NCBI GenBank assembly: GCA_002633005.1
Contig: NMRA01000410.1
Coordinates: forward strand, 275,977-339,976
Direction: 5' to 3'
Origin: Phoronis australis
Lineage: Eukaryota; Animalia; Phoronida
DNA length: 64,000 nt
Positions 10,886 to 22,270 of this stretch are shown one piece after another. The translations under genes and the position numbers were made by a program. The notes beneath the pieces were generated by a model. That model was not told the DNA's origin. It did not search any database and saw only the letters and a program-made list of their open reading frames with translations. Position 1 is the first letter of the stretch, and every line of letters starts with the position of its first letter.

Positions 10886-13569
10886 TACCACCTTATAATA
10901 CGTTGTCGCAATCACCACAAACGCAACGCCTCGACATTCTGTATATCACAAAGCACGTGAAAACGAGGAGCAATATCTGACGACTTTTCACACGAAACAC
11001 TAGTGTTGTGACTGGTTTACCAGATTTTATGTACTATGTATCGTCAGATAGTGTTTGGCAATGCGTGTTTTATAATTTGACAATTGGTCGACTGGTTGGG
11101 CCGTTTTTTATTTTGGTGCTTTTGTGTATAATTAATGATTTTAAGCATTCTAATAATTGATGAGTGAGATATTGTGTGATTGCGTGCGCGAGTGAGTGTG
11201 TGAATGATTTTCCCTTTGTGTTTCATGCTTCCGTGATATACTGTCTGATTGATTGGATGAGTATGTGTGTGAGTGATATTCATTTCTGTTTCAAGTTTTC
11301 AATTTTTACAATTTGATGTGCTTAATTTCCAATAAAAGACACCAAAAACTGAAAAAAGATCTTCTCCACGTAGATGAAATTTGACTACCAGTTCTCTGAT
11401 TTCAACACCGGGAGATCAGTGGCCTTATTCTTGTTCTTTTGCAAACAGCATTGATGTTTCACCAATCATGACCAATATTTCATAGAAATTACATAGTGTA
11501 CATTGGCCATACGGAAAAGCAGGCAAACCAAATAATTTTTATGTACATTTACTAAACCCCAGTCTCTAAAAGGTTAAAAATGTTTGTTCGGACTTGATTT
11601 TTGTCATCCTCTAAATAAAAAATCAATACAAACTCGTGGATGTCAAAAACACACACATTTTATTTTAAAAATCTAAACCAATTCAACAGATCAAGGAGCA
11701 GATCCTCTATTATCAAGTTTTTACATCTATTCAAATTTTAAGGAGCAAAAAATCAATCTTCAAGAAGAAAACAGAAGGGAAAAAATGAAAAAGAATGAAT
11801 GACATCTCCGCATTGTCATTTGTATTCAGTATCAAATGAATTGTATTTTATAAAGATTACGCCTTCAAAAAATAACCAAAGTGTAGTACTATCCAAGTAG
11901 CAAAATGATACATCTTTCAGCCTGAAAGAAAATAGCAGACGGTCGGGAATGACTTTCAAGAATAAATGTAATCACACGGACTAACTAAAAAACATGCGGC
12001 TTAAACAGTGATGCCTGTATTGTCACGAAATCATTTCCAGAACATCGGAATACGTTCTTCATAGTTGCTGAAGTCAATCGTAACATCCAGGTACCTACAA
12101 ATAGAACAAGACTAATTGCTCAATTGTCCAGCAACTCATAACTGCTCGTGTGCGGTTATTTGGTGACCCTCGTTTAAGAAATACCGTGATCTTCATACTA
12201 AGCGACCGTGTCCCCATAAGTCTAACGCGGCGCTCTTTCCTCATTTTTTCTGCCCTAACAAAGATAATCAGCAGTCGTATGACAGAGTTATGACATCTGT
12301 TTTGGCCAATTTTCCACAACTGGTTCATAATTTATGAGACAAGTGCGAAACAAATGTCAAGGTATTTGCATTGAATTTGTAACATGCTCAGAACATTCCT
12401 CTGTGATTAGCTACCCGCTTTGGAGGGACCGTCACCAATAACATTATACAAAATGTGCCACCTTTTATCCACCCCTCCCCCCCTCCTTTGTCATCTCTTC
12501 TCATTGTCATCCATACTCGACTATTCAGACACTGATTAAAATTGCCTCATCATCAAGCACGTTGCTTGATTTTCTTTTTCGATGGGAAAACGGCATGCAA
12601 AATAACGGAAGGCGGTGAAAACATACGCAAGGAGGCAAAATTTACACTAAAATGGGCAGGCAATTGCATCACCTGGCGTGATTATTATTGATCTACAAAC
12701 CAGTCTACTACAGACAGTTTCTAATACACGTTTCATACCAGTAGCCAAGTGTTTTAATTGGTAGGTGCGAAATTATAGTTAGCGAACCTGCTTTTGGCTC
12801 TCTATCGCCAATTATCCACTCCACTCCCTGGGTCCCCAGGCGTTCACGGATTCTACACACATTGTCGCTGTACAATGCACGCATGAATCCGGATGTCGCT
12901 AATAGAACACGCTGATAATAGTACAATTGCGGATACCATAGCATCAGCATGTTCATATTTTGAGAATGCGTGCATTGCACTCGTCCATACTAATGTTATG
13001 CTATCATTGACGTACAATGCATGCGTCAAACATCAACTTGAAGTTACTGATATAGCACGCTCATGGTACAATAGACCATTTCGGAATGTCGAACCTTCAG
13101 ACTATCGAACCAGCCTCCAACTAATTTTTGCTTTTTGCGTGCGCTAAATGGTACACCTTGATCTCGAATAAATGTTTTGAGCCCAAGAACATCGAAAAAA
13201 TTTAGCTTATTCAATAACCCGTCGTCTGCCAGTACGCCATTCCTATAGTGTACTCCACAATATTACCCATACTGCTTTGCGTGGCTGGTGCAGACTGCTA
13301 ACTGACGTAACAGTGACCAGATTACAGTTACCGTTCGATCTCGTACATGTCAAGATTACTGACGTAACGCCCACGCTCCAAGTAGCAGACCGGTTATCAA
13401 TGAGACTTGAGCCACTGCTTCCACAGAACTGCTGGCTGTAGTCTCAGAGGACGCCACAGTGGTCTGTAAGAAAAATCATAATAAAACGCTAAGCTTAGTC
13501 ATAAAACAATACCAAGGGGCGGCAATTAAAAATTTATGGCCTTCAATTGATTTCTACCACAGTAATGAA

Positions 13570-13930
13570 CTAAGAAAGTTATCAAGTGGTCCAATCTTCA
13601 GTTGGAAGTGTTGGCCTAGTGGGCGGGTCTACCGATGCTGCCAGGGTGTTTAATACCTCTCAATACACGTGCATTGCATTCATTCGTACTGGACAAAAGA
13701 TCACGTTGACGTTCCATAAATGCAATGGTTGTAATAAGTTTAGCCAAAGGCGCTTCTTCGCGCCAAGATGTTGTCCATGGAGTATCAGATACAGTATATA
13801 AAATTGCAGACCGATCACTGTGATTTAAAAAATATGGAAGTTTATGACTCCTTTGTACATCCCAGTGCTTGAACAGTCTGTTTGGGGACAGTCTTGGTAT
13901 GGAAAGATTTATTTTATTTGACCTTGTAAC
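13570..13930 (-). pseudogene. Highly decayed Harbinger/ISL2EU-like (DDE_Tnp_4) transposase remnant
   Basis: Minus-strand fragments W..(Y)K.SH...FL, I.F..RQ..L and NARV.IER.I occur in the expected order for DDE_Tnp_4, but only with frameshifts. Confidence 0.35.
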
Positions 13931-14439
13931 CTGGTTCAATTTGCGTTTTAGTTGACAAGTAAATAGGAAATATCGCTTTAATAACGACACCTTATGAACT
14001 TGCCAATTGTTCCGCTTTTGGCGGGACCATCCCGTTTCACAGGCTTGAATAAAATTTACGTATTATGATATATTTTAGTGCTTCTCCACTTGATCCCCCC
14101 CACCCCCAAGTTCCCCCATCCGTTTCTCAGGCATGGCTAAAAGACGCAGCCGGGGTGTTTCTGGGTGTTGCGGCAGACATTTTCCCCTTGCAGTTAGATC
14201 CAGATGGCCCTCTATTTATTTTCAAATGTTAGTAAGGTATATTTCATTCAAGTTAAAAACTATTCTTCAAAATAACAATACTGGCCTTGATAAGAAAGAA
14301 AATAATGGAAATCAAACTGACAAAACGTCATATGATTAGAAAAATAGAATAGAAATATAAAATAAAAAGATAACAACAAAGCTGGATCAATAAAGACGGA
14401 ACAACAAAGCTGGATCAACAAAGTGAGGGACCAAACAAT

Positions 14440-15330
14440 TAAACATTACTCGGGTACCAGGATTTAAAGATACCTACAGTATGGAAATGAACTGAGATGG
14501 TTCCACAACACGGCGCCAAAGTAGAATGAATGTTTGCCAAAATTAGTCCTGGTTCTATGGAGATAGATATTGCCACTGACACTAGACCTAATATGTCTGT
14601 TGTGAACCAGACTAACTGTCACAACGGTACTCAGGTGGTATGCCATGGAGATTTCTGTACACAACTAAACACATGATAATGTCTACGCACATCCAGTTTG
14701 AGTCAGCCCAAACTGTAGTGCATACGGTCAGTACTGCTGTATTTATGTGCTTGTTGAATAGTTCTACAATCTATGTAATGTGGCTCTGATACCATCATTA
14801 CAAGAGGCCCACACTAAATCACAAAATTCCAAACGCGACTTTTAGAGATTCAGAGAATCGAGATCATGGAGCTTTCTTAATCTTTTAAGAAGACCGATTT
14901 CCTAGCGAATATAATCTACATGACACTCCCAGGCGTATGTCTATCCAGAATATTGCTCAAGTACTTCATGAAACTTACTCAGGTTCCTGACCGACAAATC
15001 AAAGAGGACTATAAACTTGGACTTGTAGCTGATGGGAAAGGAAGCGCATATTCTTGCGTTTTTTCATATTTAAGATCACTCTGTTGTCCTCTAACCACTG
15101 AGAAACATGGAACAAGTTGGTATGAAGAGCAATTTCAACTTCCAACATAAAACAAAGCCGTGTCATCTGCATACATCACCGTTTTGCAGTTGTCAATAAC
15201 GCTAACCACATTATAAACATAAATTTTAAAAAGAGGGGACCTAGAATGGACCCCTGAGGACCCCCATATTCGGCAGTTTGGAAATCTGAATTGTAGCTTG
15301 GTAATGTAACCTGTCTAACTGGAGCAGTAT
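14440..15330 (-). mobile_element. 5'-truncated CR1/L2-type LINE, reverse-transcriptase C-terminal remnant
   Basis: Minus strand shows G(V)PQGSILGPLF (~15230-15265), VMYADDTA (~15157-15181) and RTNFGKHSF..GAVLWNHL (~14497-14555). Frameshifted. Confidence 0.85.
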
Positions 15331-15419
15331 AACTGCGTTCGATGACTGGTACATGACGTCACAGTAATCTAGATGTGGGAGCACAAAACGTCAAAAGTGT
15401 TTCAAGATGCGAAGAGTTA

Positions 15420-16090
15420 AGATGACAAGAAACAATATTGATTGGATTAATTAATTTTTGTACCCTTTGAACAAGTTCACGACACTGAGGTGTGAATGTG
15501 GCCATTCGTCCAACAGCATACCAATGTGTTTATGTGAGTGTTTTTGGGAATATTTTCTCCATCCAGTGACAGGTCAAAGATTGGATTTTTATGATAGCCT
15601 GTGTTGATAGGTTTGGAAATGTTAGATCAACACTTTTACGGCTTAGATTTCATCCTACATTTATTAGACCAGTCAGAGAGTTTGTTGAGTTCAGACTGTA
15701 GATGAAGGGAGTGCTGTGGATGTTCTTTTGGGAATGGATAGAAAATCGCTAAAAGTCCGGAAAATCGTTCGTTTAGAGTAAGAAGAGGAGAGGGCATAGT
15801 ACTCCAGTATTGACGAAGCCGGGCGAAGACGTGGGTGACAGGATTCCATCGATCCGCACTTTTTAAGTGCGAAAAGCGAGATATGACTGTAGAAGTTGGA
15901 AGAGAATGTCTGAGAAACCATAAGATTGTAACTTGTGTAGCGGTAGATTGCAGGGTAATGACATCAAATGCTGGCATAATGTATAGAAATACAGATTTTG
16001 CATTAAATCCTTGCTCAAACTGCAGGTGAATTTCATGTACAATTTCAACGAGTTGAGACACCAGTGCTGTTTCCAAGCATGAATCCGCAC
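15420..16090 (-). mobile_element. Second CR1-type LINE RT fragment
   Basis: Minus strand shows SVFL...AFD, LQSELNKLSDWSNK.RMK and HKH(I/L)G motifs of non-LTR RT. Degenerate. Confidence 0.7.
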
Positions 16091-16106
16091 TGTAGATGGT
16101 AGACCA

Positions 16107-16509
16107 GGGCCCGGTCTCCAATCTTTTTACTAGAAATGGAACTCGAAATTAGGTTTGGCATTTTCTACTCTACTTTTGGGAGAACTCAAGATAAGTGTCT
16201 ATTATTCTATGCTCGAGTACACAATAACTTACGTAGATAATTTATTGCCCTTAGTTCACAGTTTGTAAACCCAATATTAAAGCAATAAGTTCGAGTTTGA
16301 ACTCGAAATTTCGAGTTTTTACTCGAGTTTGTAGCACGAATATAAGGGTCTTCAAGGGCAAACTTGAACTAGAAACTCCTATGCATAAACTATAATGTAT
16401 TCGAACACAGTCTGATAACCAATTATATTAAGTTCGCACAAAAGGAGCAGAGAAATTGCCAAAAATAGTTTCGAGTTCATTTCGAGTACAAAAATTAGAG
16501 ACCAGGCCC
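16107..16509. mobile_element. PIF/Harbinger-type MITE
   Basis: ~40-bp imperfect TIRs gggcc.ggtctc.aat.tttt.tact.gaaatg.aactcgaaa, with internal actcga repeats. Confidence 0.7.
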
Positions 16510-18900
16510 CGGTCTTGAGAGGTAAGGTGCTCAAGCACGAATTGAAAAATGTTATGGGGCGATAGTTGGCAGGGTCAGTTTTTGGGTCCTTTTTGTTTTT
16601 GGAAACATTGTTTATACAGCTTAATTTTTCTTGTGGCTCCTCAACGTATTAGTATAATTTTCTTTTGTGAAGGAATTTTACGGCAGACGACACCCAGTCC
16701 ATCTCCACCCTTGGCGCATACGCCATTTTTGAATTCGCCAAGCCAATAAACTCGGACGTGTTTTCTTGAGTTGTGGGTTCTTTCGATGTTCTTCTCGGTA
16801 ACGGAAATTGAATCATGTCACGGTAAGGGAAATCAGGAGACTGATTTTATGAGAACAAAAGGTCTTTACGATTTCCGTTTTTAGTCAGCTATAAAGAGAG
16901 AAATGCAGCTTAACTAACTTTCAGAGAATGATATGCCAATTTTTGCCGCCAAAAGCCCTGGAAATTCGGACAAAGTTAGCAGATGGTCTGTTTTACTGTT
17001 TAAAAATGTTGAGATCGAACATCTGCAACACCAACAGCCTTTTATAATGACTAATTGGATAAAAGTCACGTTACACACACTCTCCACAACTTCAACTTTA
17101 CTCTGCTTTGTAACCTCATGAATTTTTTTCCTCCTGCAATCACTCTTTGATGAAATCTATATGAATTGTCCATCATACTTTTGTGCATGGCCGATCGACT
17201 CACAACATATCTCATGTCTCCGCTGATAAGAAAGCCTTGCAACGACCAAAATTGGAAGTAAGATGATCAGTGCCTTTGGTACAATTCTTCAGAACTTGTT
17301 GCAGGGGCTTGTTCTTTTCATTGTATATGAAAAGTACACGTGATGCAACGGTATGTCATGAAGCAACTATAATATTTTGAAACAATTTGAATGTCGTTTT
17401 TTGTGCACTTATTCAAAGTTCATGCGCAAGGTGCGCGTTACTCAAATCACTTAGCTCTTGCAAAATTCGCAAATGTCGTGGAGCAATATTGACGATTCAA
17501 AATAACGACAAATGTTGTTTTTATTTGTACACAAACTCTTCGCTCACACCCAAGGTGCGCATTACTTTGTTTATGTGTAATAAAGTCATTCCACTCTTGC
17601 AAAAAATTCCTGGTTCGGGGCCCAACAATTTAACAGCAACCGTTAATGTGTAATAAATGCACTCAACTTCACATGAAATTATTCTCTGTTGCTAGCTGTT
17701 TAAAAAGTATGTACTCATTCGTGGATATTAGCCTGTTAACATATAGTCAATAAAACATTCACCTTAACTACTGTTGCCTTGCGCGTGCTCATTAAATGTT
17801 CCATTACGCATTAAAATCCCACTTTTATGCAATAAAACCTATTATATATCTTGTTTCAGTTCAAAACGATATGTTATGATATCCACCGAGCCGTAATATA
17901 ATAAAATACTTTATTGCTTGTTTTAGTTCAATAACAGCATTCATTAAGTCGCTTTGAAGTGAAACATTTTGAAGCTTGTTTCAGTGCAGTATAGCATATT
18001 GACGGACATTTTCCTTGGCAACCGACGTTGCTGGGGAAGAAAACGCTGTCAAATTTCACGTAAGGAAGGTTGCGTTCTCTTAGTTATAAAGACATAGACT
18101 TGTTTGCCTATCTTTGCAGAGTGTAAACAAATAACCGAGCTGACAACTTCTCACTGTCTTTTCGAAGTCCTTATCTCAAAGCTCACACTGCAATAAAGCC
18201 GGAAGTAGATTTTCAACTTTACCGTCAGATTTTATCTTTTTGAACGTTCGGAATTAAAGAAATAATGCAGAACTGAGATACTAAAAGTACATGTGTAATT
18301 ACCCTTTTCATTAGCAAATTCTAGGATGGATTCTAAAATTTATATATTCCGAGAATAAATGGAGCCATTTCAGTTTCAAGGAAGTGTTGAGAATGTCTAT
18401 TCACAATTAAGTATAGCAGTTATAGCTTCATATTGCTAACGTGATACTTTCATGATATTTACTGTGCATTTGATAGTGATGCGAACAGTTGCCGGCGGAT
18501 CTCAACTTAACTTAGGGTTAGTGGCTTTATGACTCGCGAGCACCAACAACTGGGACTAGCGGTGGCACAAATGACAAGCGGCAAATAACAAACAAGTGAA
18601 AAACAAAAACAAATTGATTTGATGTTTGTGTCACGCCAATCATTGCTTAGGTCATCTAATATCCGTTTGTGAAAGATCAAAATGCTTGAAAGAACATAAG
18701 CAAAAGTTGCTTTCCGTCTGGGATTGCACATGTAATCAATGTAAGAGAATACCTTTGAAGATGCATACACGAAATCACGTGTCACCTCTGAGAAAAATTA
18801 CTTCCGTCTGAATTTTGTTTGAGCTTAGTAATGCTTATCCAATCTAGTTAGCATTCAATGAACGTAGCTGCAACAAAACAACAACTGAAAGAAAAATGAA

Positions 18901-19086
18901 TTAACAGTATAGAATTACCGCAGGCGAAATTGTTGTGACCACAGGTTCTGGTCCCGCGTTTGGAGGACCCGCGGGCTGCGTTGTGGTTGTAGTTGGCCCG
19001 GTTGTGGTTGTTGCTCCTGTCGCATTCGAAAGAGTCAATAAACATGCGATCACTACAAAACATACAGAGACCTTCAACGAAAACAT
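18901..19086 (-). CDS. Candidate small secreted Thr/Pro-rich (mucin-like) peptide; the first coding exon probably ends at 18919
   Basis: Classical signal peptide MFSLKVSVCFVVIACLLTLSNA followed by TGATTTTGPTTTTTQPAGPPNAGPEPVVTTISPA. TATA box (TATATAAA) ~55-60 nt upstream, possible donor GCG|GTAATT, and minus-strand AATAAA at 17910-17915. The C-terminus is uncertain. Confidence 0.6.
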   Translation of the reverse strand: MFSLKVSVCFVVIACLLTLSNATGATTTTGPTTTTTQPAGPPNAGPEPVVTTISPAVILYC

Positions 19087-19140
19087 CTTGGTCGTATTCC
19101 GTCCGTTTCCTCTCTGTGTAGTCGTCTAGGCGATGGGTGC

Positions 19141-19150
19141 ATTTATATAT
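19141..19150 (-). promoter_or_regulatory. TATA box of the candidate secreted-peptide gene
   Basis: Minus strand ATATATAAAT, 55 nt upstream of the ATG at 19086. Confidence 0.45.
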
Positions 19151-20138
19151 GGAGTCTTCCACCGACTCCGGAGACTATATGGGATTTTAGATTGTGCATG
19201 CGCATTTGGATCTGTGATTCCGTTATGGCACCTTTGCTTCTAACGACGGTTCATAGTGGTCACTTCTACCAGGATTACAGTCCCGTGTGATATCTGGTTA
19301 TTTATTGGTCAATTGGATAAGGTCGTCCGGTTCAGCACAGCCATTTTTAAGATGTTCGTTAAGTCGTTATGAACTGAAACCTTGTAAAAGGAGCATTTCA
19401 TCTTGATGGACATTTCCTCTCGCGACCGTTGCCTGCTGGAGAACCAAACACAGTCAAAACTCACAGAAGGAAGGTGGTGTTATCTTAGTTCTTGTACTTG
19501 TTGTCGCTACCTTTACACAGTGTAGACAATAATCGAGTTACGAAAAATATTGATATCAAAGCTCGCTTTGGAAAAAAGCCAGTGAGAAATAGATTTTCAT
19601 CTTTTCGAATGTTCCAAATTAGAAACGACAATGAAAGCTTTCCCTAAAATGTTCGTGCGCAACGTGGAGAATTACGTACATTGTACCTTTTAACAAACAA
19701 ACCGTAAGATGACAGATCAAATTTGGGTATTCCGAGAGCAAATGTAGCTATTTCATTTTAAGCAAAATATCGATATTGTTTGGTCACAATTAAGTGTAAA
19801 AAGTTCACTATAGCCGTTACCCGTGCTTTGGCACGGTTAGCAGCTTGTATTTGGGAAACGCCGAGGGGAAATAGCTACATCTTCAAGTGAACATTAGTGT
19901 CCATCGCAGAGACAGTAATATTTCTTGAAGAGACCGTTTTATTTTAAAGCTTCAATCAGAATTTCTGTCAGATTTAGGCGGGTGTGTACTAGACAGCCAG
20001 CTAGCTGTATGAAGACTGTCGCCTAGTATACAGCTTTGCGCCAAGGCTAGGTGTGTGGTTACCGGATTCTTTCCCCAAGCAGTACAAACATTTGACCCTG
20101 CCTGTGCGGTGCAGCTATTGTTTAAAGCGAAAACTTAA

Positions 20139-20764
20139 GGCCCAGTCACACAGCCGATTACGCATGAATCACTCATGAATCACGCACAGATTTTCGCTTA
20201 TGCGTGAAGCTTGCGTCGTATGCGGTGGAACCAACGTGGAGCATCAGTGAATGTAAGTGGATGTGCGTCGAGGGGGGTTTGTGCGCGATTTTGAGTTTTG
20301 AACGGTTCAAAAATTTTCCAACGCACAACTCTGCGTCGGTGTGCGTAATTCGTGAGTTGACGTGCGTAGTTTATGCGTCGAGTATGCGTGATTATGCGCT
20401 GGACACGCGTTTGCCATCAGTGCTTATGCGTCAGAATTGGTTCGAAATCACGCACGTCCACGTCCGTCCACTGACGCCCCACCTTCATATCACGCATGAA
20501 ATACGCATATATGACGTTCATTACACTGACATCCACTGACAAACATATCATTTTGGCTTGTATGCGTCGATATGCGCGATATGTCAGTGATTCATCAGTG
20601 ATTGTAAGTGATATGTGCGTGGGCCATAGGTGATTCGTCAGTTATTTGTCAGTGATTTCTAACCTCTACACCCGGAAAATTTGGTCAATTTCTCGACGAT
20701 CAAAACACGCACAAATTGAATTTGTGCGTGTTGATTCATGCGTGATCGGCTGTGTGACTGGGCC
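20139..20764. mobile_element. PIF/Harbinger-type MITE (626 bp)
   Basis: 33-bp near-perfect TIRs ggcccagtcacacagccgat(t/c)acgcatgaatca. Flanks are TAA / TCA (TWA-type target). Internal tgcgt/acgca motifs. Confidence 0.85.
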
Positions 20765-21810
20765 TCATTAAGGAAGTGTTTAAAAATATTGTATTGTATA
20801 CAAAGTATATAAATACACAAAACGTACCGAGAGTGGCGTAGTGAAGTAATATCCCACGAGACATTATTGCGCGTATCGATCGAGAGCGAAGGTCACACCA
20901 TAAAGTAAATACCAAGGTAGAAAGCCAGCTAGCTGTATGAAGACTATCGTCATTAATTACAGCAAAGATTATAGACATAAGGTCCGATTCAAGAAACTGA
21001 ATTAAGTTCTTTTTGACTTAAGTCTAAAATTTGTCTTTGCACCGATGTGGGAAAAAAGTTGAGATAAAATCGACGGGCGGTTGTTTTCGGTAGGTATGCC
21101 TGCGCCTCTGCGTTTAACAACCGAGCTTTACCGATAAAAATCGAAAAGCAAAGTCAATCGGTTTTGGTATTGATAATTTTCACAAACGAATGCAGAAAAC
21201 AACTGGAAAGCACTTAAAGATGCCTTAACTCAAAATTTGAGGCTACTGACATCGTCTCAGAAAATTTTAAAATTTGTTTGGGTTTCCTGTCCGATGCCCT
21301 GGGTGCCTGTTTTAAAGGTTCGTGTTTTTCGGGTTGGTTAGCTGTTTAGAAGGTGCGGGGGTCTGTTTTCGACTCCGGGATATCTGTTTTACATCGAGAT
21401 TCCAATTTCGATGGAACACCTTGGTCTTTCACTGTTGTAGTATAGGCCAAAATACTGAAGTCTTGGGAAGAGAACATAATCCTTTGATTCGACAACCTTC
21501 GATCATCCGAATGCCTGATCGAGTTGTTGGTTCACATTGTTCACATGTTTAGTTTAGTGACAAGCCTTAGGTGTTCCGTAAAGCATGCATGAGTGCAGAC
21601 GAGCTTCCAAACTGACAATATGAGCTCACTATGACCAGTTCCTAGCTTTGAACTCATACCTGGAATATAGTCCTGTTGATCGTGACTTCAGTGGCGCCGT
21701 ACTCAATGGGCCTGGTCCGATCGCGTGAGACATAAAACCTCTTTCACACATTTTGAATTTTGACAGCCGAAGTCTAGTGACACGATATGTGCCTTCGTTG
21801 GCGATGTACT

Positions 21811-21948
21811 GTATTCCCACAGACGTCAGCGCCCTGACGCGGCCGGGACGATTGCTGTCGATGTTGATGAGCGCCGGTATTATCCAGCACACTGATGATG
21901 AAAGCTTGCGCGGCGCCCGGCAGGAACGGACGTCCCGCGGTAATATAG
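21811..21948. mobile_element. Small MITE-like element
   Basis: Imperfect terminal inverted repeats ctgtattcccacagacgtc / gacgtcccgcggtaatatag around a GC-rich core. Confidence 0.35.
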
Positions 21949-22076
21949 AGTTCTACGGAATTAAAATGCAGCCTTGAAATAATGCGGATTGATTCTGTTG
22001 TTTATTTTTATGCTTTTTAGTGGCCGCAAAAAGGCTCTACCTTCCATCATATTATCCGTATCACGTCCCGCTTTTT

Positions 22077-22270
22077 CAATGGCGGATCTACGTTTTCAGT
22101 AAGGGGGGTGGGTTTAGGATTCCCGCAAAGGTCGAATCCGAGTCGCGTAGCGCAGAGCGGGGGGAGGTCGGGATCGAGGGAGGGTTTCCCCTCCCGTGTA
22201 AGACAATATTTTAGTTTTTGTACAAAAATAGTGAAATTTCCATGCATCCTGGTGAGTTTCTGGCAATTAA
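22077..22270 (+). mobile_element. Left end of a hAT-like MITE (CAnTGGCGGATCTA)
   Basis: Terminus caatggcggatctacg followed by G-rich tracts. Same family as the right end at 26531-26546. Confidence 0.45.
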
